From Deltaproteobacteria bacterium (GTDB lineage Bacteria > Desulfobacterota > Desulfarculia > Adiutricales > Adiutricaceae): a stretch of DNA of 20,812 nt. Under the pieces are notes generated by a model, which was not told where the DNA came from, did no database searches, and worked only from the letters and a program-made list of their open reading frames with translations. Both the position numbers and the translations under genes were made by a program. The DNA lies in assembly GCA_031278225.1 (NCBI GenBank), contig JAITKT010000451.1, positions 1-20,812 of the forward strand, given 5' to 3'. Below, one piece after another: positions 1-8,045 of this stretch (positions are counted from its first letter, which is position 1; every line of letters begins with the position of its first letter).

Positions 1-102
1 ATATTCTTTATTGGTAACAACAACGCGACTTTTCACCTCATCAATCCGCCCGACCTTCGCGCGCGAGAATTTTTCCCGCCGCGCCCGCCGCGGGAAAGGC
101 CG

Positions 103-132
103 TTGACAATCCTCTGGCGGCGGGGGTATGAT
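103..132 (+). promoter_or_regulatory. sigma70-like promoter: TTGACA(103-108)-N18-TATGAT(127-132)
   Basis: Read directly from the sequence: a consensus -35 hexamer and a near-consensus -10 hexamer with an 18-bp spacer. It lies about 220 nt upstream of the methyltransferase start codon. Confidence 0.45.
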
Positions 133-216
133 CGGGCCGTCGTCTTTCGGGGTCGAAAACTTCAAACGCCCGCCGTTTCATGACCGAAAGAAACCGCAAC
201 GCGCCACGAAGGCCGC

Positions 217-251
217 GTCCGTTTTTCAAAAACGGATCGGTCTTTTTTTTT
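217..251 (+). terminator. leader hairpin TCCGTTTTT-c-AAAAACGGA followed by a T9 run: intrinsic-terminator-like attenuator in the methyltransferase leader
   Basis: A perfect inverted repeat at 217-236 is followed by tcggtc and then TTTTTTTTT at 242-251. It sits between the predicted promoter at 103-132 and the ATG at 358. Confidence 0.4.
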
Positions 252-357
252 GTTTTGTTTTTTCGCCGCGCCGCGACTTCGCCCGGCGGTTTTTCGCCTG
301 ACGGGCGCGGGTCGAAAAGGTTCCGTTTCCGTCATTCCCGATCGAAGGAGCTCCGAC

Positions 358-1146
358 ATGGGAAAAGTCAAAAACACCGGCGCCGGCGGTTTTCCGGCGG
401 TCAACAAACCGGTCGGGTTTTGGGACAAGAAATCCGCGGTCTATCCCAGGTACAACACCGACGAAAACTCTTACGAAGCGAGGGTCTTGGGTCTCATAAA
501 GAGCGCCGGGGTCGATTTCGCGGGGAAATCCGTCCTGGACATCGGGTGCGGAAGCGGCATGCTCACCATCAAAATCGCGCTTCTCGCGGACCGGGTGACG
601 GCCCTGGACATTTCCCCCGGGATGCTCGAGGTCCTGAGCGCGGACGCCGAGGCGCACGACGTCCGCAACATTGAACGCGTTTGCGCCGACTTCGCGAAAT
701 ACGTTCCGGAAACCCGCCATGACATCGTTTTCTGTTCCATGACCCCCGCCGTCGCCGACGAGGCGGGGAAGAAAAAACTCCTGAGCCTCGAAGGCGCGAC
801 CGTCGTTTTCACGGGCACGAGAGAAAGCGCCCGCTCGAACGTGATGAACCCTCTTTTCGAGGAGCGCGGCGTCGTTCCGTACCCGCTCAAGACCGCCATC
901 GCCATGAAAAACATCCTGGACTTCGAAGGGATAAGCCATGAGACGGTGCCGCTGGAAGGCACCTGGCGCGTGGGCTTCGAGCGGGAAAAACTGGAGTTCG
1001 CGGTGAGATCGACCATGGAGGGTCACGGAATCGAATTGGACGACGGTTTTTTGAGGGAATACCTCGAAAAGTTCAAAGGGGATGACGGACGGTGGTGGGA
1101 AGTCACCGACTATTTTCTGGAAATAGTCATCTGGAAGAATCCCTGA
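358..1146 (+). CDS. class I SAM-dependent methyltransferase (262 aa)
   Basis: ORF 250..1146 trimmed to the ATG at 358, which is preceded by AAGGAG at 345-350. It carries motif I (VLDIGCGSGMLT), followed by an acidic-residue motif ending ALD. The N-terminus reads MGKVKNTGAGG. Confidence 0.8.
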   Translation: MGKVKNTGAGGFPAVNKPVGFWDKKSAVYPRYNTDENSYEARVLGLIKSAGVDFAGKSVLDIGCGSGMLTIKIALLADRVTALDISPGMLEVLSADAEAHDVRNIERVCADFAKYVPETRHDIVFCSMTPAVADEAGKKKLLSLEGATVVFTGTRESARSNVMNPLFEERGVVPYPLKTAIAMKNILDFEGISHETVPLEGTWRVGFEREKLEFAVRSTMEGHGIELDDGFLREYLEKFKGDDGRWWEVTDYFLEIVIWKNP

Positions 1147-1173
1147 ATCATCCGTTTTCGTTCCGGCGGATAA

Positions 1174-3324
1174 TCATTTCCCCCCTCCCTCTTTCTTCAA
1201 AAGCCTGTGCAGAAAGCCCGCCATGTGCTCCACCGGGAGTTTCCTTCTCCTGCGTTCCTCGACGCCCGAGAGTTCCATGACGCAGCCGGGGCAGTCCGTC
1301 ACGACAACGCTCGCCCCCGCCCTCTCGTAGCCGTCGAGCTTCCTCTCCGTCAGGGTTTTCGAGATCTCCGGAAACTTCAGGGAATAGGTCCCCCCGAAAC
1401 CGCAGCAGAGCTCCTCGTCTTCCGTCCGGACGTAAGAGGCGGCGGCCGCGAGGAGCTCCCTCGGCTCCCTTCCGGCCCCCAGGCCGAGGCGCTGGTGGCA
1501 GGAGCCGTGGAAGGCGGCTTTCTCCGAGTTCGACTCGAAATCTTCCTTGGAATACTTGAGGACGTTGAAAAGAAAGGCGCTGAAGTCGACGATCCTTCGC
1601 GCGAATTTCGCCAAGTCCCCCGAAAGTTCCGGCATGTCCCCGAGAAGCGCGGGATATCTGTTTTTCATGTGGGAGGCGCAGGAGGGACACAGGGAAATGA
1701 TGTGGTCCGTGTCTTCGGCGAGGAAGATCTCAAGATTCTTCAGGGCGATTTTCGCGGCGGTCTTCCTCCCGCCCAGGGTCAGGGCCGGAAGGCCGCAACA
1801 GGCCTGCTCCACCGGAAAGGAGACGGAAACCCCCTTGCGGACGAGGAGCCTCACGCCCGCGACGAGGTCCCCCGGGTACATGAACTCGTGGGCGCAGCCC
1901 GCGAAGATCGAGACCCTCGCGTCGCCCGGACCGTTCAAATCCCGTTCGTCCACCAGTTCCCGGAAGTTTTCGGGCGGGAGGGCCGGAATGGCCCTGAAGT
2001 CCTGTTCTTCGGTCAGGACCGCGGGAACGCTTTTGACGAAGCCCCCGCGAGCGAAAGGTTTCTGAACGAACCTTCCCGCCTTGAGGAGGCCGTGCCAGAG
2101 TTTTCTGTCCGGAAGGACGACGGAGAGGAGGAGAGACCAAAGGGAGGGCCCCTCTTCCCTCGCGAGACGGTCCCTGAGGTCGAAGACGAGTCCGGGGAGA
2201 TCGATCCCCGCGGGGCAAAGGTCCTTGCAGGCCTCGCAGCCGATGCAATTCGCGACGATGTGCCGGGCCTCGTCGGCACCGTGGAAAAAATGGGTGAAAA
2301 GGAGTCCCGCGGCCCCCACGTAGACGTGACCGAGAACGCGCCCTCCCACCAGGCGGTAAACGGGACAGAGGTTGGCGCAGGCCCCGCATCTGACGCAGCG
2401 GAGGACGCTCCGGAAGACCTCGTCCCCCAGGAGCCGCGAGCGGCCGTTGTCGAGAAAGACCACGCGCCTTTCCCGTTTTTTCCCGGAGCGGTCGAAGCCC
2501 GGGTTTCCGGTCAGGAAAGTCGCGTAAGCGGTGATCTTCTGGGCCGTGGCGCTTCGGGGGAGGGCTTTCAGAATCGGGTAAAGGTCCCCGGGCCCGGCCA
2601 GGAGCTTCTCGAGACCCACGACGCTCGCGACGGTCCCCGGAAGGGAGGTCGCGAGTCCGCCGTTTCCCTCGTTCGTGAGGATGCCCAGGGTGCCGGTTTC
2701 CGCCAGCGCGAAATTGGCCCCGGTCACGGCCATGTCGGCCTCCAGAAACTTCCTTCTGAGCTCCCTTCTCGCGAACCTCACGAGCTTTTCTATGTCGGGC
2801 TCGAGCCTCGTCCCCGCGACCCCGGAGAAAGTTTCGGCCACAGCCTCCCTTGAAAGGTGTATCGCGGGAAGCACCATGTGGGTGGGTCTCTCGCCCCTCA
2901 GCTGAACGATCCACTCCCCCAGGTCCGTCTCGCAAACCTCGAGGCCACCCGCGATCAGGGCCTCGTTCAAACCGATCTCCTCGGCGGTCATGGATTTGGT
3001 CTTGATTATCTTCCGGGAGCCCGTCTCTTCCGCGATTTTCAAGATCGTTTCCCGGCATTCCCGCGCGTCCCGCGCGAGACTCACCCCCACCCCCCTCTTC
3101 TCCGCCTCCCTTTTGAAGGTTTCGTAGAGTTCGGGGATGTTTTTCAAGGCCTCGTCCTTGATGGCCGCGATCTCGGCGAAGAGGGCCCGGGTGTCGATCC
3201 CCGCGAACGCCTCTTCCCTCGCGACCTCGTATTGCCTCGCGAACTTGTCGAGGACCGCCCCGAGGTAAGAATCCCCCAGGGCCTCCCTGATTTCTTCGCG
3301 GTACCTTCCCATGGACCTCGCCAT
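1174..3324 (-). CDS. lutB: lactate utilisation iron-sulfur protein, a LutB::LutA fusion (716 aa). The N-terminal part has a LutB/LldF-like DUF162 plus 2x[4Fe-4S] ferredoxin domains. The C-terminal part has two LutA-like CCG cysteine-rich domains.
   Basis: ATG at 3322-3324, with a GGAGG RBS about 8 nt upstream on the minus strand. Ferredoxin motifs CVRCGACANLCP and CIGCEACKDLCP are present. The C-terminal 240 aa carry CCGLPA, CPSC, CCGFGG and CPGC motifs, which are typical of LutA/GlpC-type CCG domains. Confidence 0.8.
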   Translation of the reverse strand: MARSMGRYREEIREALGDSYLGAVLDKFARQYEVAREEAFAGIDTRALFAEIAAIKDEALKNIPELYETFKREAEKRGVGVSLARDARECRETILKIAEETGSRKIIKTKSMTAEEIGLNEALIAGGLEVCETDLGEWIVQLRGERPTHMVLPAIHLSREAVAETFSGVAGTRLEPDIEKLVRFARRELRRKFLEADMAVTGANFALAETGTLGILTNEGNGGLATSLPGTVASVVGLEKLLAGPGDLYPILKALPRSATAQKITAYATFLTGNPGFDRSGKKRERRVVFLDNGRSRLLGDEVFRSVLRCVRCGACANLCPVYRLVGGRVLGHVYVGAAGLLFTHFFHGADEARHIVANCIGCEACKDLCPAGIDLPGLVFDLRDRLAREEGPSLWSLLLSVVLPDRKLWHGLLKAGRFVQKPFARGGFVKSVPAVLTEEQDFRAIPALPPENFRELVDERDLNGPGDARVSIFAGCAHEFMYPGDLVAGVRLLVRKGVSVSFPVEQACCGLPALTLGGRKTAAKIALKNLEIFLAEDTDHIISLCPSCASHMKNRYPALLGDMPELSGDLAKFARRIVDFSAFLFNVLKYSKEDFESNSEKAAFHGSCHQRLGLGAGREPRELLAAAASYVRTEDEELCCGFGGTYSLKFPEISKTLTERKLDGYERAGASVVVTDCPGCVMELSGVEERRRRKLPVEHMAGFLHRLLKKEGGGK

Positions 3325-3366
3325 CCCCCGTCCTCCCCGATTTTTTCCGATCTTCCCCGAGCTTGC

Positions 3367-3957
3367 CTAATCTTCCGTGAGCACCACCAGCAGTTCCAGG
3401 GGTCCGTGGGCCCCCAGGGTCAAAACCCTTTCGATGTCCGAGGTGCGGCTGGGCCCCGTGACCATGACGAGCCGGGAATCCGTTTCCCTCATGATCTCCG
3501 TCATCTTCGGTTCGGCTTCCCCGAAACCCGGGACCAGGGAGGATTTCCCGAGGGCCACCACTTGAATCTCGCACAGGAGCGCGGCGGCCCGGGAATCATC
3601 CGAATCGAAGCGCAAAACCGCCGTGCCGGTCTCGGAAATCCCGAAGAGCGCGACGGAAAAGGCCGCGTCCGGACCTTCCCCGAAGTCCCCCGCGAGATCC
3701 CTCCCGACGAGTATCCCCTCTTTTCCCGCGGTCTCTTCGAATCTTCGGTAAAGTTCGTCGGGAACGTCCGCCAAAAAGAGGGTTTTCGGGGCGTTCGCGG
3801 CCCCCCCGGAATCCGGGGCCTTGGTTTTCTCCCTCGTGACTTTCAGGGCGAGAGCCAGGGCCTCTTCCAAATTTTTCGCCTCGAGGACCCCGGCCCCCAC
3901 CGCCCTCGCGTTTTCGGCGAAGAGTCTCGCGAGGTCGGCGTTCGCCGTTTCGCTCAT
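3367..3957 (-). CDS. lutC: LutC-like lactate utilisation protein C (LUD/DUF162 family, 196 aa)
   Basis: ORF 3367..4191 trimmed to the internal ATG at 3955-3957 (MSETANADLARLFAENARAVGAG...). Its size and its position immediately upstream of the lutB-like gene fit LutC. The upstream 78 codons are a low-complexity G/R-rich run and are unlikely to be coding. Confidence 0.65.
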   Translation of the reverse strand: MSETANADLARLFAENARAVGAGVLEAKNLEEALALALKVTREKTKAPDSGGAANAPKTLFLADVPDELYRRFEETAGKEGILVGRDLAGDFGEGPDAAFSVALFGISETGTAVLRFDSDDSRAAALLCEIQVVALGKSSLVPGFGEAEPKMTEIMRETDSRLVMVTGPSRTSDIERVLTLGAHGPLELLVVLTED

Positions 3958-4457
3958 GTTTGAAATCCTTCGGGCCGGGCGCGGGAGCGCGGGAACCGGC
4001 GTTTCCCCGGCCCCGGCGCCCCTCGAAAATCCAAAATCTTCCCCGTTTTTCCCCCCGCGTTCCCAGGAAAGGGGCCCGGCGTCGCGTGCCCCCGGGTCGC
4101 GGGAAACGATGGGAAAAAAGCCGCGCCGCGCCCGCGAAGCCCGAAAAACCGGCCGGCGCCGAAGGGGAAAAGGAAAGAAGGCGTAAAACAAAGGAAGGAA
4201 AAAGGAAGGTCAAAATAAGGCGTTTTTCGGGACCCGCCGTTCCCGGTCAAAAAAAAGGCCGTTTCGGAACGAGACGGGCCGCGATCGAAAAGCGCTCCTC
4301 ATATCTTGACGTTTAATCGAAAAAAAAGCAATGACGGGGCGGGGAGACGGGACGCCTCCGCGGGGACCCTTCGACCGCGACGCCCCCGAGGGAAAATGCG
4401 CCCCCGTAACGGGGAAGAGCCTCCCTAGGGGGAAGTCCCCCGACCGGGTCCGGGCTT

Positions 4458-4501
4458 CCCTCCGGATCGCTCCCCGGGCCCCCCTCCGGATCGCTCCCCG
4501 G
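4458..4501. repeat. 24-bp tandem direct repeat x2 (CCCTCCGGATCGCTCCCCGG) in the non-coding region
   Basis: Two near-identical copies at 4458-4477 and 4482-4501, read directly. Confidence 0.6.
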
Positions 4502-5223
4502 CGAACCCGCGCCGGGTCGAATCCGACGCGTCAAAACCCGGGTCGACGCCAAATGTGGGCAGGACCAAGGCGGAAGCCACCGGAATTGGCGCGGGAATCC
4601 CCCCCCGAAATGCCAAAGAAACCGAAACATGTTAAAATAAGCCCATGTCCGTCAGAACCCGGTTTCAAAAAACCGAACGGGACCGAACGGGGCCAAACTC
4701 GACATTCCGCGATTCGGACGCCGAACGGGCTTTGTCGTTGAGGCCCGGAACCGGTCCCCGAAGGCGGATGCCCCGGGGAACGCTTCCCCGCCCGGCTCTT
4801 TCGGGGACCCCGGCCGCGCCGGGAGTCTTCGTAACCGCGTTTTACGGTCATTTGATTTTAAAATACGCTAAAATAAGTTATGATAAGCTTAAAATGGCGA
4901 CATCGGACTCTTTCCCGTTTGAATCCGGTCGCGCGACGTCATGAAATCGCGAAAGAGACCCTTCGAATCGCCCGGGACCATGGCCGGAAAACCCGAACCG
5001 GCGCGAAAACGGGGGTCTTTGCCGGCCGAGCGGCCCGTTCGGGACCGTCGGCTTCGAAAATCGGCGGCCGCTTGACGGGGCCGGAGGCGACATGGTAAAA
5101 AAAACTCCCTTGAATCAAGATTTTATTTCATAATTCGATAATTCTCGGAACGTTTTCACGATAAAAACGCCGGAAAATAAAAAAAATGGCGAAATAGTGA
5201 GGAATAAAAAGCAAAAATAGGTA

Positions 5224-5253
5224 TTGACTTTGTAACAAAACAAGTGGTATTCA
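5224..5253 (+). promoter_or_regulatory. sigma70-like promoter: TTGACT(5224-5229)-N18-TATTCA(5248-5253), inside an AT-rich island
   Basis: A strongly AT-rich island at 5100-5260 lies in an otherwise GC-rich context. The -35 and -10 candidates sit about 190 nt upstream of the HU/IHF-like gene. Confidence 0.4.
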
Positions 5254-5444
5254 TACTCTTTAGTAATGAAAGCTTATTCTTGCGTCACTTGCTTCGGCCG
5301 TTTTCGGGCCGACGGCGCCGGACCGCCCCCGAAGCTTCGAGAACGACGATTGAGACCCGGGCGCCGACGTCCCGGCGACGGGTCACCCCGGGTTTCCCGA
5401 TTTTCCCCCGGCGGCCCAAGGCCGTCCGAGAAAAAGATTCAACC

Positions 5445-5744
5445 ATGACCGTCACGAAGGACAGCATCGCGAGACAAATTTCGACCGAGACCGGCCACTC
5501 CGCCCAGGCCTCGTCGGAGCTGGTCGACAAGATACTGGACGTTTTGAAGGAATCCATGGAAAAAGGAAACGACATTCTCATAACCGGTTTCGGGAAGTTC
5601 AAAATAACCGAAAGACCGGGGAGGACGGTGAACAATCCCCTGACCAAACACCAAATGGTGGTGAAAAGCAGAAACGTGGTGACTTTCAGGAGCTCCGCGA
5701 AGTTCAGGAAGGACATCAACAAAGACACCGAAAGCGAATCCTGA
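5445..5744 (+). CDS. HU/IHF-family nucleoid-associated DNA-binding protein (99 aa)
   Basis: ORF 5244..5744 begins with GTG, so it is trimmed to the ATG at 5445 (MTVTKDSIARQISTETGHS...). It carries GFGKF and a RPGRTVNNPLT (arm) motif characteristic of HU/IHF, and a 99-aa length is typical. Local GC content is lower than in neighbouring genes. Confidence 0.8.
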   Translation: MTVTKDSIARQISTETGHSAQASSELVDKILDVLKESMEKGNDILITGFGKFKITERPGRTVNNPLTKHQMVVKSRNVVTFRSSAKFRKDINKDTESES

Positions 5745-5979
5745 GGCCCCGTCCCGCTTCGCCTTTCGGCCCGTTCTCGAAAAACGCCTTCAAACTCTTA
5801 CCGATTCGACTTTAAACATCTTTTCGACGCTTTTTTTTTCGATAATCCGACAAAGTCGGAAAAACCCTTGTCACTTTTCACGTCCGCCCGTCCGAGGATC
5901 GTTTTCGGACATCCGACCAACTTCTTTCCCCCATCGGCTGTGTTATGGGGCCAATCCTATCAGAAAGGTTATCGTTGCC

Positions 5980-6279
5980 ATGACGACCCTGCAACTGACC
6001 CACCTCGCAGAGATCCGGGAACAGCGCCTGATGAGCAGAGCAGAGCTGGCTCGCAAGGCCGAGATTTCCCCTTTGACAATTCTTAAAATCGAAAAAGGCC
6101 AAAGATGCCGCCCGGAGACCGCCAGAAAGATCATTTTGGGACTGGGTCACTCTCCCGAAGACCAGGACAGGCTCTTCCAGGAAATCATCGGCCCCGACGC
6201 TTACGGCCACAACGAGGGAAAAACCGAAAAGGCTTCCCCGGGTGACCAGGATCCCAAGTCCAAACTGAGAAAAAAGTAA
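5980..6279 (+). CDS. XRE-family helix-turn-helix transcriptional regulator (99 aa)
   Basis: MTTLQLTHLAEIREQRLMSRAELARKAEISPLTILKIEKGQRC is a classic HTH_3 (Cro/C1-type) pattern. A GAAAGG sequence sits about 9 nt upstream of the ATG. Confidence 0.75.
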   Translation: MTTLQLTHLAEIREQRLMSRAELARKAEISPLTILKIEKGQRCRPETARKIILGLGHSPEDQDRLFQEIIGPDAYGHNEGKTEKASPGDQDPKSKLRKK

Positions 6280-6518
6280 CCCCGGTTTCGGACGCGCACA
6301 CCGCGAAAAAAAGGTCGACCGCGCCCGAGGCAAACCGTTTTCGCGGGGACGCCGGGGACATACCCTTCGGGAAAATCCCGACGCGCGCGCCACCCGGAAA
6401 ACGAGAGGGTTCCGAAATTTCGGTCGCCTTTTCCGATCGACTTGGTTTAAACGCCTCGGGCGCGCGATTTCCAAAGCCTTGATCTCGCGTTTCGGTTTCC
6501 GTTCGCGACCGAATTGAC

Positions 6519-6554
6519 AAAAAAAGGGGGGGACGGTCCCCCCCTTTTTTTTTC
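6519..6554. terminator. bidirectional intrinsic terminator: A7-GGGGGGGacggtCCCCCCC-T10
   Basis: A 7-bp G/C stem with a 5-nt loop is flanked by an A-run on the left and a T-run on the right. It lies between the XRE gene on the plus strand and the convergent DUF1638-like gene on the minus strand. Confidence 0.8.
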
Positions 6555-6623
6555 TTGTTTTTCTTGTTTTGCCCTTTTCGCCCGCAGGCGTCCGGAAGAA
6601 TCGTTCCGGGAGCGGGCCGGCCG

Positions 6624-7334
6624 TCACCCGCCTCCGCCGTGTCCGCCCTCTCCGCCGTCCCCGGGCCAATAAAAAATTTTATTCCAAAGGGTCAGGTCCA
6701 AACGGCTTCCGGGCGGCAAAATCAAGAAGCGCCCGGGGTCGTGGGGGCCCGTCAGAAAATCCCTGAGCCAGGCGCGGTCGACTTCCAGGGTCTCGACCGT
6801 GAGCCCCAGGTCGATCGCCATGGGCGAAACCATTCTCGCGACTTTTTCCGGGTCGAAGCTCTTCGTGTCCAAGACTCCCAGCCTGGAATAACCGTCGAGC
6901 ATCTTGTGGTTCAGAAAGGAGGCCGTCTCGCGGTCGAACATGCTCGCGGCTTTCCGGTAGGACGCGAGAAGGCCGCACTCGTGGCGGAGCCACCCCTCGG
7001 TGAGAAAATAGGTGACGGGTTTGGAGGCGTTCATTCTCGCTTCGAAGGAACCCAAAAGGAAGGTGAGGCAGTCGTCGGCGAGGGGCAAAATCGTCTCGTA
7101 GTTTCCCGTCGAAAGCCCGGACAAGCCTCCCCCGCAGTAGCCCAGGGCCACGAGAAGCCTGTCGCAGTTTCCCTCCGCCTCGCCGAAGAGCTCCCGCGCC
7201 CGCGCCCGCAGACGTTCGGTGCTGTTGTGGAGACCTCCGTCGAGCCACAGGACCCTGTGGTTCAGTCCCAATTCGGAGCATGCCCGCTCGATCTCGTCCC
7301 GAATGGTCTCGCAGGCCACGAGGATCGTTTCCAT
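6624..7334 (-). CDS. hypothetical protein, DUF1638-like (236 aa)
   Basis: ORF 6624..7751 trimmed to the ATG at 7332-7334 (METILVACETIRDEIERA...), which has a GGAGG RBS 7 nt upstream. The upstream 139 codons are low-complexity. The DUF1638 assignment is from memory of the family; it features a GYCGGG motif, and confidence in the family is low. Confidence 0.55.
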   Translation of the reverse strand: METILVACETIRDEIERACSELGLNHRVLWLDGGLHNSTERLRARARELFGEAEGNCDRLLVALGYCGGGLSGLSTGNYETILPLADDCLTFLLGSFEARMNASKPVTYFLTEGWLRHECGLLASYRKAASMFDRETASFLNHKMLDGYSRLGVLDTKSFDPEKVARMVSPMAIDLGLTVETLEVDRAWLRDFLTGPHDPGRFLILPPGSRLDLTLWNKIFYWPGDGGEGGHGGGG

Positions 7335-7476
7335 TTCGAAAGGGAGCCTCCAAAGTTTCGCGCTCCTCGCGGGAAAAAGCGCCCGCGAACCGCGAACCGG
7401 AAAAAACCGACCGGAAAACCGGAGCCGGCCAAGGGGGTCGGAAACGCCCCGGAAACAAAACCCGCGCCCGGCGCGA

Positions 7477-7495
7477 AAAGCGTCGCCGACGCTTT
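7477..7495. promoter_or_regulatory. perfect palindrome AAAGCGTCG-c-CGACGCTTT in the intergenic leader
   Basis: Read directly. It has 9-bp arms and lies in the 5' region of the minus-strand DUF1638-like gene. Confidence 0.35.
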
Positions 7496-7640
7496 GAATT
7501 GTACACCAAATTCGGGCGGACATCTTCCGCGAGAGCCCGTTTCCGGCGCCCGGGGAAGCGTTCCGGGCTATACGACTCCCGGCCGCGTTTCCCGAAGCCG
7601 ACGCGGGATGAAGGGGAAAACCCCGCCGGCGGGAAGGCCC

Positions 7641-7660
7641 GGCGATTGGACACAATCGCC
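7641..7660. promoter_or_regulatory. perfect 8-bp-arm inverted repeat GGCGATTG-gaca-CAATCGCC
   Basis: Read directly. It lies about 75-95 bp upstream of the -35 element of the 7733 promoter and is a candidate regulator-binding site. Confidence 0.35.
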
Positions 7661-7732
7661 GCGCGTCCGCGAACATCGCCAAACATAACCTCTTATGTGT
7701 TAAAATGGCATGATTTGTGTTATCGTGCGGAC

Positions 7733-7761
7733 TGGACAGAAGGCGGGTCAAAACTTATAAT
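7733..7761 (+). promoter_or_regulatory. near-consensus sigma70 promoter TGGACA(7733-7738)-N17-TATAAT(7756-7761)
   Basis: Read directly within AT-rich island 7680-7770. It is oriented toward the SPFH gene, whose start lies 285 nt downstream. Confidence 0.55.
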
Positions 7762-7846
7762 TGTTTGGATTCCGCTTTTCTTCGCGCTTTCCCGGGCTTT
7801 CCGCCCGCTCTTTCCCGCGATGTTTCCCCGACCCTTCCGGGCCCGC

Positions 7847-7890
7847 CCGGCCCGAAACCGGCCCGAGACCGGCCCGAGACCGGCCCGAGA
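7847..7890. repeat. 11-bp tandem repeat x4 (CCGGCCCGARA) in the leader of the SPFH gene
   Basis: Units at 7847, 7858, 7869 and 7880, read directly. Confidence 0.6.
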
Positions 7891-8045
7891 ATCGTACGGA
7901 CCTTCCCGCCCCGGGACGGCCTCCCCGCCCGCGAAGAGCCGCCGTAAACGAATTCGCGCCGACGAAAGGCAATACCCGTTTTATTTTCGCCCTGTCCGCG
8001 TCCGGTCCGTCCGGGAACGCCAAATCCTACTCAGCGGTGGTGTCC

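Noticed and set aside
41-674. Small ORFs 41..229(-), 162..428(-), 180..674(+) and 226..1026(-) around the methyltransferase leader
   Set aside because: They overlap the predicted promoter or leader, or sit in the wrong frame of the methyltransferase. Their composition is basic and low-complexity, and no RBS is evident.
1207-3574. ORFs 1207..2853(+), 1547..2065(+) and 1730..3574(-) overlapping the lutB::lutA gene
   Set aside because: They are off-frame or antisense to a gene with unambiguous Fe-S and CCG motifs, and their composition is low-complexity.
3958-4191. 78-codon N-terminal extension of the lutC ORF, plus ORFs 3596..4213(-) and 3960..4316(+)
   Set aside because: G/R-rich low-complexity sequence. 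The LutC-like sequence begins cleanly at the ATG at 3957.
4895-4935. tRNA-like TTTGAATCC segment (CCCGTTTGAATCCGG)
   Set aside because: The flanks cannot form a T-stem or acceptor stem, and no cloverleaf is possible.
6555-7751. N-terminal 139-codon extension of the DUF1638-like ORF, and the 377-aa plus-strand ORF 6555..7688
   Set aside because: The extension has no RBS and is low-complexity. The internal ATG at 7334 has a GGAGG RBS. The plus-strand ORF is antisense.
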